Shown: one piece after another, positions 6,883-15,616 of the stretch
Numbering within the stretch: the first letter of the stretch is position 1
Layout of the letters: the number at the start of each line of letters is the position of its first letter
Source: a bacterium
Lineage (GTDB): Bacteria; DRYD01
DNA length: 64,000 nt
Assembly (NCBI GenBank): GCA_030549815.1
Contig: JAUQQQ010000001.1
Coordinates: 90,873 to 154,872 of the forward strand
Reading direction: 5' to 3'
The notes under the pieces: model-generated
Seen by the model: only the letters and a program-made list of their open reading frames with translations
The model's database searches: none
What the model was told of the DNA's origin: nothing
Program-made: the position numbers and the translations under genes

Positions 6883-9699
6883 TTATCTTCTTAAAGTATC
6901 ATATATCCTATATTCATAGCCTCTATACCTTATAGATGCGCTTTGGAGGAAACTAATGTTGAAAAGTGAAGGATCATAGAAGAAATCTACTTTACTCGTG
7001 CCCTTTATCCCAACATTACCCTTAGTTACAACCATTCCACTAAACCATAATCGATTGTTATTACCCGTTATTGCTTTCAGATTCCCACCAACCATTATTA
7101 AACCATTTAATTTAACATCGGTCCCTAATATTTGCTCGTTAGCCTTCCCCCTCTTTTTCTTTTCTTTTTCCATTTGCTGCTGCCCCTGTTGCTGATCCTG
7201 CTGCGTAGTAGATTGATCACTATTTTCTGTAACAAGCCCAGATATAAAATTTAAAGCAGAAGCAAAATCAGAATCAGTAATACTACTGTTAATACTACTA
7301 TATGAACTTGAAACATCAACAGCTATAGTACCTTCATCCGTCGAAGCATTTCCAGTATTAGACAAATTTCCTACATGCAAGTTGACAGAAGGAATATTAA
7401 TATTAACATACAGAATTTTTACTTTACTTTCGCTATCATCATTAACTTCTTCCACTTCCAATTTTATTGTATTAACACTATCATAAAATAAAAGAATAAA
7501 GTCATTAAGCCCATCTCCATCCTGAATATCTATTTTTGAAAAAGTCATACTACCACTATTATTTTTAAGATATTCATAAACAGTGTTAAAAACAGTGTTA
7601 AATTCATTTGTGTTTGACCCACTACCTCCACTTGTTCCACCACCACTTGTTCCTCCACTTGTTCCACCACCACTTGTTCCTCCACTTGTTCCACCGCCAC
7701 CTGCAAAACCTTCACTAAGTGGGTTAATGTATAGGTTATTATCGGCTAAGATAGCGACGTTTTGGTAGCCCTGATAAACTTGGCTAAACCTTGCAATTAT
7801 ATCCCCCTGTTTAACCTGCCCACCTACAGCACTATAATCTTTTGTTTTTAAAGTTCCACTTTTACTATCATAATTATATGATTGCCAATAATTAGTAACA
7901 TTATTATCATAATAAACTGGGGCAATATAGTTAGTTACGTTTAAAGAATCGTTAGAAGAGTCCTTAGTAGCTACTAAAGCTCCTCCACCTTCCTCATCAG
8001 TCTTAACTATTCCATCAATAACAATCGCTCCTTTGTCATACCACAAAACCGAACCATTATCTATCTTAACCCCTACATCAATCTTTCCAAACCTATAATC
8101 ATCTACACTACCATCACTTCTATATTGAGCTTTCCAGGAAGTAATATGGATAAACTTTCCCTGATCATTTTTTTGACCATCTATTTGATCACCTATTTTG
8201 GTATCCTTTTTAACAACGAGGTTCCATTTTTCGGCATATATTTCATTTCCCACAATGCTTGTATTGTATATTTGGACTCCACCTGGTGTTATCTTTGCTT
8301 TGCTTGTGTCTATAGTTCCATCACTTTTAACAACTTGCTTTAGATAGTTATCAATTTGAGTATAACTAACATCTGGTGGGAAATATACAACAGTATTTTC
8401 ATTTACAAAAACATAATATCCTGCATTTAACTGTGCATATGATCCAGGAGTAAATTTAGAGTTAATTTCGTTAATCAATGCTTTTCGCGAGCTATCAAAA
8501 CCGGATTCTATTGTTTTATTTACAAACTCTGCACCAATAAAGTCTTTTATTTGGTTGTATTTATTTTGATCATATTTAATAGCATTAGGATCTGTTCCAT
8601 CTATCATCGTATAAATTGTCTTACCATATTTGAAACTATTACCACTATTAGTTTTAGCAATCACTTCTCCTCTAAGCCCGCCATATTCAGCTTGAAAATT
8701 TCCATTACTATCTTGCTTAACAGTGTAAAATTTTGTAGTTTTGTGATCAGCATTAAGTTTTATATCAAACGTATTAGAATAGAATCTATTATTAACTCTA
8801 TTACTATCATAGGTTCCGACTTCTAAATTAGAATCGATAATAGTGGATCCTTCAGAAACCAGGGATCCACCTAGGGAAAACCCTGCATTAGCAAAAGATT
8901 GATTAATATAGGTTATAACATATCTTTGTGAAGCTGGAACTTTTGAGTATCCAAGAGCCATTATCATCAATGTATTCTGCCCAACTTTTCTACTACCATT
9001 AACATTAATTTCTTGATCTGCAAATGAGCGGTTGTATGAAGAGTACAAAGGCAATCTTCCATTCGTAGCAGACAAAGATAGTTGATTATTATCAAAATCT
9101 ACAAATATTGTGTTAGCTTCATCACCATAATAGGCGTTATTAGAATTGGTTGAATTACCAAAAAATATAACGCTTCCACGCTCTGTTATAGGTAAATTAG
9201 GTTTCCAAAAAACAACAACAGCTCCATTTTTACCTGCAAGATTATTAATTGAAATATCATTAGGTATTCCGGTTCCTCCTTGAACATTGCCATTAGATTG
9301 CCTAATTATCCATCCACTTTGAGTTGTATCTGCTAAATTTATTATAGCAATATTATAAGCCAGGGTGACATTACCAAAGTTGCTAAAGATTTTTCCTATT
9401 TTAGTTGAAGGATTATTTAAAGAGGGAAAAGTTATGGTATTTATGCTACTTGTGCCGCTTCCCGAACCTGTTATAGATTGGCTTGGTGTATTAAGCATAA
9501 AAGATTCAGGAGAGTGACTTATAAGAAAAGTAAGGATTTGAATAGCATCTTCCGCATTATTCATTGCTTCCTGACGAGCAAAGTAATCTTTATTAGTTTT
9601 AAAATTATTTTGTGTTAATCCAAATAGAGCGACTGACATCATTATGAGAACCACTATAAAGAATAATGTGCTTAGTAATAGGACACCTTTTTTATTCAT
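6883..9699 (-). CDS. Large PilX-like (type IV minor pilin N-terminus) surface protein
   Basis: MNKKG|VLLLSTLFFIVVLIMMSVALF class III-like signal without Glu5, then a ..QEAMNNAEDAI helix; C-terminal beta-rich GLIMVGG..FFYDP; GGAGGTGA RBS. Confidence 0.65.
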   Translation of the reverse strand: MNKKGVLLLSTLFFIVVLIMMSVALFGLTQNNFKTNKDYFARQEAMNNAEDAIQILTFLISHSPESFMLNTPSQSITGSGSGTSSINTITFPSLNNPSTKIGKIFSNFGNVTLAYNIAIINLADTTQSGWIIRQSNGNVQGGTGIPNDISINNLAGKNGAVVVFWKPNLPITERGSVIFFGNSTNSNNAYYGDEANTIFVDFDNNQLSLSATNGRLPLYSSYNRSFADQEINVNGSRKVGQNTLMIMALGYSKVPASQRYVITYINQSFANAGFSLGGSLVSEGSTIIDSNLEVGTYDSNRVNNRFYSNTFDIKLNADHKTTKFYTVKQDSNGNFQAEYGGLRGEVIAKTNSGNSFKYGKTIYTMIDGTDPNAIKYDQNKYNQIKDFIGAEFVNKTIESGFDSSRKALINEINSKFTPGSYAQLNAGYYVFVNENTVVYFPPDVSYTQIDNYLKQVVKSDGTIDTSKAKITPGGVQIYNTSIVGNEIYAEKWNLVVKKDTKIGDQIDGQKNDQGKFIHITSWKAQYRSDGSVDDYRFGKIDVGVKIDNGSVLWYDKGAIVIDGIVKTDEEGGGALVATKDSSNDSLNVTNYIAPVYYDNNVTNYWQSYNYDSKSGTLKTKDYSAVGGQVKQGDIIARFSQVYQGYQNVAILADNNLYINPLSEGFAGGGGTSGGTSGGGTSGGTSGGGTSGGSGSNTNEFNTVFNTVYEYLKNNSGSMTFSKIDIQDGDGLNDFILLFYDSVNTIKLEVEEVNDDSESKVKILYVNINIPSVNLHVGNLSNTGNASTDEGTIAVDVSSSYSSINSSITDSDFASALNFISGLVTENSDQSTTQQDQQQGQQQMEKEKKKRGKANEQILGTDVKLNGLIMVGGNLKAITGNNNRLWFSGMVVTKGNVGIKGTSKVDFFYDPSLFNISFLQSASIRYRGYEYRIYDTLRR
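7625..7695. repeat. 27-bp tandem repeat (~2.6 copies) encoding a Gly/Thr/Ser linker
   Basis: CCTCCACTTGTTCCACCACCACTTGTT x2 plus a partial copy, giving GGGGTSGGTSGGGTSGGTSGGGTSGG. Confidence 0.9.
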
Positions 9700-9759
9700 T
9701 CATTATCACCTCCAATATATATATATAACACATTTTTTCAAAAAGTCAAGTGGAGTAAT

Positions 9760-9805
9760 TGTTAAAAAAATGTTAAAATTGCCTTAAAATTGTTAAAAAT
9801 GTTAT
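9760..9805 (+). promoter_or_regulatory. TGTTAA-N5-TGTTAA direct-repeat array in a divergent promoter region
   Basis: TGTTAA at 9760, 9771 and 9791, with degenerate boxes at 9782 and 9800; 11-bp phasing is typical of OmpR/PhoB-family sites. Confidence 0.45.
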
Positions 9806-9912
9806 AAAAGTTTCATATTTTAATCAGGAGCGATCTAAAGAAAGAAGGGTAAACAAAAAGGATAAAGAAGTATAAAAATAGAGTATTAAACTTTAAAACA
9901 TAAGGAACATTT

Positions 9913-11763
9913 ATGTCAAAAACAAATCTTCCAAAGGGATTTTCTTCTCCAGATGAAATAAAAACAATCATAGCCACCGATTGTGGTTCAACTACTACCA
10001 AAGCAATATTAATCGAAAAACAACCAAATGGAGAATACCGATTAACAACCAGAGGAGAAGCACCTACTACAGTTGAAGCTCCATTAGAAGACGTAACAAT
10101 AGGAGTATTAAACGCTTTCAGAGAAGTACAAGAATTAAGAAACAAGAAAATTTTAACAGATGATTACAAAAATTTAATAAAGCCGGATAATGGTAAAGAA
10201 GGGGTTGATATATACGTTTCTACATCGTCAGCAGGTGGCGGTTTACAAATGGTCGTTGCAGGAGTCGTCAAAGAAATGTCTGCAGAAAGTGCCCAAAGAG
10301 CAGCATTAGGTGGAGGAGCAATCGTCCTCGATACCTTCGCAGTTAATGATGGTAGAAAACCATTCGAAAGAATAGAAAAAATAAGAGAACTTAGACCAGA
10401 TATTATCTTACTAAGTGGAGGAACAGATGGTGGCACAGTTAAACACGTTGTTGAAATGGCTCAATTAATAGCAGCAGCAAAACCTCAACCAAGACTAGGC
10501 CTAACCTACCAACTACCCGTCATTTTCGCAGGAAATAAAAAAGCAACAGACGAAGTATCAAGAATACTATCGAAAGTCGTTGAACTTAGGATAACAGAAA
10601 ACTTACGGCCTACCTTAGATGAGGAAAACCTTCAACCCACAAGGTTAATAATCCAAGATTTATTCTTAGAGCACGTAATGGCACAAGCACCAGGATATAA
10701 AAAACTAATGGAAATGGTAGATGTAGAAATAATGCCAACTCCAGCAGCAGTAGGACTTATAATGCAAAAAATATCACGAAAAAACAATATAAACTTAGTT
10801 GGAGTAGATATAGGAGGGGCAACCACAGACGTTTTCTCCGTAATTAAACAAGACGAAGAATGGGTATTCAATAGGAGCGTCAGCGCAAACTACGGAATGA
10901 GTTATTCAATAGCACAAGTCCTCAAAGACGCAGGAATAGAAAACGTATTACGATGGATACCATTTAACACAAATATCGTCCAACTAAGGAATGCCATAAA
11001 AAACAAAATGATAAGGCCAACAACAATACCCTACTTACTTAAGGATTTAATGATAGAACAAGCAATATGTCGAGAAGCCCTGCGACTATCTTTTGATCAA
11101 CACAAATTACTCGCTGTCGGATTAAAAGGAAAACAAAAAGAAAGGAGTATTTCTGACGCCTTTAGTCAAACAGAAAGTGGAGAAACAATAATAGATATGT
11201 TTGAATTAGATATGATAGTTGGAAGTGGAGGAGTTTTATCACATGCACCAAGACGAAATCAAAGCGCAATGATGATGATAGACGCATTCGAACCTTATGG
11301 ATTTACATTATTAACAGTCGATAGCATATTTATGATGCCACATTTAGGAGTGTTATCAACAGTTCATGAAAAAGCAGCAACCGAAGTATTCGAAAAAGAT
11401 TGTTTAGTATACTTAGGCACATGTATAGCACCAGTCGGAAAAGAAAAAGATGGCATAAAAATAATGGAAGCAGAAGTTATTGATCTCGATACAAATCAAA
11501 AATACGATGTCGAATTATTAGCAGGGGAAATAAAAGTAGTACCAATAAGAGGAAATGCAAAGATAAATATAAAATACTTGCATAAAAAATTTAAACTATC
11601 AAAAGAAGGAAAAGTAGAATCAAAAGAGGTAAGGGGCGGAGTTGTAGGGTTGATATTTGACGGAAGAGGAAGACCCTTAGAATTACCTAAAAATGACTCC
11701 GAAAGAAAAGAAAAATTAAATCAATGGTTCAAAAGTATAAACATGTATCCAGAAAATAAATAG
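9913..11763 (+). CDS. glmL: Glutamate mutase L (GlmL/MutL) family ASKHA ATPase
   Basis: ATDCGSTTTKA, STSSAGGGL, GGTDGG, MPTPAAV, VDIGGATTDVFS, GSGGVLSHAP. Confidence 0.85.
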   Translation: MSKTNLPKGFSSPDEIKTIIATDCGSTTTKAILIEKQPNGEYRLTTRGEAPTTVEAPLEDVTIGVLNAFREVQELRNKKILTDDYKNLIKPDNGKEGVDIYVSTSSAGGGLQMVVAGVVKEMSAESAQRAALGGGAIVLDTFAVNDGRKPFERIEKIRELRPDIILLSGGTDGGTVKHVVEMAQLIAAAKPQPRLGLTYQLPVIFAGNKKATDEVSRILSKVVELRITENLRPTLDEENLQPTRLIIQDLFLEHVMAQAPGYKKLMEMVDVEIMPTPAAVGLIMQKISRKNNINLVGVDIGGATTDVFSVIKQDEEWVFNRSVSANYGMSYSIAQVLKDAGIENVLRWIPFNTNIVQLRNAIKNKMIRPTTIPYLLKDLMIEQAICREALRLSFDQHKLLAVGLKGKQKERSISDAFSQTESGETIIDMFELDMIVGSGGVLSHAPRRNQSAMMMIDAFEPYGFTLLTVDSIFMMPHLGVLSTVHEKAATEVFEKDCLVYLGTCIAPVGKEKDGIKIMEAEVIDLDTNQKYDVELLAGEIKVVPIRGNAKINIKYLHKKFKLSKEGKVESKEVRGGVVGLIFDGRGRPLELPKNDSERKEKLNQWFKSINMYPENK

Positions 11764-11777
11764 TGTCGAGGTGTAAA

Positions 11778-13364
11778 ATGAATAGAAGAAAAAATCAAAT
11801 CATCGATTCTTTACAAAATCAGGAAATCCCTCAAGCTATTGAAATTAAAGAATCGAATAAAATTGAATTGATTATTAGGGAATCAATGGAATTGCAAAAA
11901 GAAAGGGAAGTTCCTGAGTTAGAATTTTTTGGGGTCTGGGATTATTCTAAAGCACCTGAAGATAAATCATTTATTAAAATAAAAGAAAGCTACGATCTTT
12001 TTATTGGTGGTAATTTTGTAAAACCATCTTCAAATAGATACTTTCCCACAATTAATCCTGCAAACGAAGAAGTTTTAACTCATGTGGCTTATGCGACAGA
12101 AGAAGATATTAATAAAGCCGTAGAAGCTGCAAAAACAGCATATGAAAAATATTGGTCCAAAATGAAACCTAAAGACAGAGCAAAATATATATACAAAATC
12201 GCAAGAATAATCCAAGAAAGATCAAGGGAATTGGCAATAATAGAAACCTTAGATAATGGGAAACCGATAAAAGAGACAAGAGATTTCGATATACCTCAAG
12301 CTGCACAACATTTTTTCTATTATGCAGGATGGGCAGATAAATTGGAATACGCTTTCGTAAATAGGAAAGCAAGACCGATAGGAGTAGTCGGACAAATAAT
12401 CCCGTGGAATTTTCCTTTATTAATGGCAGCGTGGAAAATAGCACCTGCCTTAGCTTGCGGTAATACTGTTGTTTTAAAACCTGCTGAAACCACTCCCCTA
12501 TCCGCACTATTCTTAGCAGAAATAATCCAAGAATCAGGGTTACCCGATGGAGTCGTGAATATAGTAACAGGTGATGGATACACAGGATCACTAATAGTTC
12601 AACATCCAGATATAAAGAAAATAGCATTTACAGGCTCTACAGAAGTAGGTAAAATAATCTTGAAAACTGCAAAAAATAAAAAAGTCACGTTAGAGTTAGG
12701 GGGGAAAGGACCACATATAATCCTTGAGGATGCACCAATAGATCAGGCCGTTGAAGCAATAATTAGAGGAATTTACTTCAATCAAGGACATGTCTGCTGC
12801 GCAGGATCACGATTGCTAGTTCAAGAATCCATCGTAGAAACAATCATAAAAAAATTAAAGGACAGGATGAAAACAATAAGAATAGGAGATCCCTTAGATA
12901 AAAATACCGATATGGGAGCAATAAACTCCTCAATGCAACTTGAGAAAATCAAACAATATGTTGAAATAGGATTAAAAGAGGGTTGCGAATTTTACCAAAA
13001 GAAATGCAACTTACCTTCTAAAGGATACTGGTTTGCTCCATCTTTCTTTACAAATGTAACACAATCTTGCACGATAGCAAAAGATGAAATATTTGGACCG
13101 GTATTAGCGATAATGACTTTCAGGACTCCTGAAGAAGCAATAGAAAGGGCAAATAATACATTTTATGGGTTATCTGCAGGGATATGGACAAATAATCCTG
13201 CAAGATTATTAGAAATGTCAAAACAAATAAGAGCAGGAGTTATATGGGCAAACACGTATAACCAATTTGACCCTGCATCTCCATTTGGAGGATACAAGGA
13301 AAGTGGATTTGGTAGAGAAGGCGGATGGCACGGACTGTTACCATACGTAGAACTCGAGGAGTGA
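11778..13364 (+). CDS. Aldehyde dehydrogenase family protein
   Basis: IIPWNFP, KPAETTP, FTGSTEVG, LELGGK, catalytic Cys in QGHVCCAGS, EIFGPV, PFGGYKESGFGRE. Start placed at the ATG after GAGGTG. Confidence 0.92.
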   Translation: MNRRKNQIIDSLQNQEIPQAIEIKESNKIELIIRESMELQKEREVPELEFFGVWDYSKAPEDKSFIKIKESYDLFIGGNFVKPSSNRYFPTINPANEEVLTHVAYATEEDINKAVEAAKTAYEKYWSKMKPKDRAKYIYKIARIIQERSRELAIIETLDNGKPIKETRDFDIPQAAQHFFYYAGWADKLEYAFVNRKARPIGVVGQIIPWNFPLLMAAWKIAPALACGNTVVLKPAETTPLSALFLAEIIQESGLPDGVVNIVTGDGYTGSLIVQHPDIKKIAFTGSTEVGKIILKTAKNKKVTLELGGKGPHIILEDAPIDQAVEAIIRGIYFNQGHVCCAGSRLLVQESIVETIIKKLKDRMKTIRIGDPLDKNTDMGAINSSMQLEKIKQYVEIGLKEGCEFYQKKCNLPSKGYWFAPSFFTNVTQSCTIAKDEIFGPVLAIMTFRTPEEAIERANNTFYGLSAGIWTNNPARLLEMSKQIRAGVIWANTYNQFDPASPFGGYKESGFGREGGWHGLLPYVELEE

Positions 13365-13370
13365 TATAAA

Positions 13371-14210
13371 ATGACTAAAATACAAACTTCAAGCATAAAA
13401 GTTTATTCCTCATCAGCCGAAGCTACACTACTAACACAAATATTTGACAACATAGAATTAATAATAACAGAAACAAAAAATAACATTTTCACGATATCTG
13501 AAGAAAAATTGAACAAATTAAAATTAAACCCCAATAAATACCCATTTTGTGTTAACGAAAGTCTTTTCCTCTGGGACACTAAAATAATTATCAATCAAAG
13601 AAACAAAAGGATCTTTATTATAACTGAAAATGACCTTCTGCAAGAGTTTTCAAATTACAAAAAAACAGAAAATATTCCCCCACTTGAAGATTTAGCAAAA
13701 TCTGAAAATTTTAATATCATTTTTAATGAATACAAAAACAATTATCAAACAGTATTACAAAGAGTTAAATTGCAGAGTTTTATAAGAGAAAGTTTTATTG
13801 ATCATATTGTAGGGAAAAATTTCAGAGGCTCTGTTATAAACTTTAATAATACAATGTGGGTATATGTTTATTCGATTAAACAAAAAATAGAAGCAGAAGA
13901 GATAATAGATTATTATCAAGATCTTTTCAATGTAAATCAAAATATTATTTTAAAAGAAGAGGAGAACATTACGTTATTTGATTTTGCTGAATTTGTGCCA
14001 ACTACTGAAAACATTTCATTTCTTGGATATCAAAACGGTATTTATAACCCTTATAAATTTACAGAACTCGATTTTAGGATAGAGTTTTATGAAGGTATAA
14101 AGGAGAATTTGGTTTACGCTCCTTATAAATTGTTAGAAATCAAAGAAAAATTTGTTTTTGATTTATTTAAAATAGAGAAAGAAATTTCTAAGATTTCAAG
14201 AATAATATAA
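13371..14210 (+). CDS. Hypothetical protein
   Basis: 279-aa ORF with GAGGAG RBS, packed tightly in the operon; no motif recognised. Confidence 0.7.
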   Translation: MTKIQTSSIKVYSSSAEATLLTQIFDNIELIITETKNNIFTISEEKLNKLKLNPNKYPFCVNESLFLWDTKIIINQRNKRIFIITENDLLQEFSNYKKTENIPPLEDLAKSENFNIIFNEYKNNYQTVLQRVKLQSFIRESFIDHIVGKNFRGSVINFNNTMWVYVYSIKQKIEAEEIIDYYQDLFNVNQNIILKEEENITLFDFAEFVPTTENISFLGYQNGIYNPYKFTELDFRIEFYEGIKENLVYAPYKLLEIKEKFVFDLFKIEKEISKISRII

Positions 14211-14218
14211 ACACACGA

Positions 14219-15616
14219 ATGATCCTATATTTAGAGAAGTTAAAGGAAGTAAAGATACCGCCAGATAATTCAGTTTTATTAATAAATTTAGCAGGTAATC
14301 CTGATGAAAATTCGATTACATCCCATCAACCCATCATTTTTACACCAGGTGTTCTTTCAAAGTTTTTATTTAATGAAAACTTAAAGGATGGTCATTTATC
14401 AAAGACAATAGTTTATAATGATTCAGATAAAGCGGAATTCAAAATTTTTTCAAGTATGCTTTCTTTATTTCCCAAGACCCTTGAAAACCTTAATACAGAA
14501 GATATAGAACAGCTAAAAGGATTTATTAGAGAATGTTATGAGAAATATTCAGAGTTTCTGAGTCAAAAAAATAAAGAAAACTATTTGAAATTTTTGGATA
14601 TAATAAACCGTAAAAAATTTGGTGATTTTTCTAATTTTTCTGAATTTTGGCACTCGATATTATCTGAATACCTTGAATCTTTTGGATACAAAGTGAATTT
14701 TACAGTAAATTATGTTTCCCAAATATCGGAAACACCAGAATTCAAAGATTTCTTCGATTTTATTTGCAGTAATTATGAATCTTTTTTTGAGTTATACAAC
14801 GAAGGAGTGGAAATATTTAGAAAAAACATAGGATTTTATCCAATAAAAAAACTTGAAAAAGGTGAATTACCATTTTGGGGCATAAATAAAAATGAAAGAA
14901 AAACGATGCATTTAGATAATATTTCAAAAGATTTTCAAATAAGACCTAAGGCAGTTGCTTGGGCAATATATAGAAGATACTTTTTATATAACCAAAAAAC
15001 CGATATATTAGGTATAGGAAGCACTTACTACAACTTTGTTTGCGACTACGTTGCAACAAATCTACTCAAATTACCCATCCCTAAAACAACAGTAATAAGC
15101 ATAACAATACCATTAAATAAAACCACAAATATGGAAGAAGATAACATAAAAACCAAAATAGAAAAACTTGATAAAATAAAAAGTATCCTTAATGCTTTTA
15201 AATATTCTATCTACCAAAATCCTGAAAGATTAAATAAAATAATCAATAATCTACTAAAAGAAGCAGAAGAAAAAATAACATTGATAAATCTTCAAGATCT
15301 TAAAAAATTAACAAACAAGATTGACCTAATAATAGATAAAAATTTGGTAAAACAAAAAGAAAAATTATTAGAACAGATAAACGATAAAAATAACCGAAAA
15401 ATAAAGAAAGAATTGACTCAAAAAATAAATCAAATAAATCAGCAAATTATTGAACCTATAAAAGAATACCTTGAAGAACTAAACAGAAATGTAGAAATAA
15501 TTGAATTGCACGTAGAGAAATTAATAGAAAATTACAAAGAAGTGGATACAAGAGATTATCCTTATTTTCTTATATCTCCTCAAGAAATACTTGATAAGAT
15601 CTACCAAAAAACATGA
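14219..15616 (+). CDS. Hypothetical protein, distantly BshC-like
   Basis: HQP..F.PGV..K, ELPFW, IRPKA, GIG...Y...D, a long coiled coil and C-terminal RDYPYFL recall an uncharacterised BshC-like family. Confidence 0.5.
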   Translation: MILYLEKLKEVKIPPDNSVLLINLAGNPDENSITSHQPIIFTPGVLSKFLFNENLKDGHLSKTIVYNDSDKAEFKIFSSMLSLFPKTLENLNTEDIEQLKGFIRECYEKYSEFLSQKNKENYLKFLDIINRKKFGDFSNFSEFWHSILSEYLESFGYKVNFTVNYVSQISETPEFKDFFDFICSNYESFFELYNEGVEIFRKNIGFYPIKKLEKGELPFWGINKNERKTMHLDNISKDFQIRPKAVAWAIYRRYFLYNQKTDILGIGSTYYNFVCDYVATNLLKLPIPKTTVISITIPLNKTTNMEEDNIKTKIEKLDKIKSILNAFKYSIYQNPERLNKIINNLLKEAEEKITLINLQDLKKLTNKIDLIIDKNLVKQKEKLLEQINDKNNRKIKKELTQKINQINQQIIEPIKEYLEELNRNVEIIELHVEKLIENYKEVDTRDYPYFLISPQEILDKIYQKT

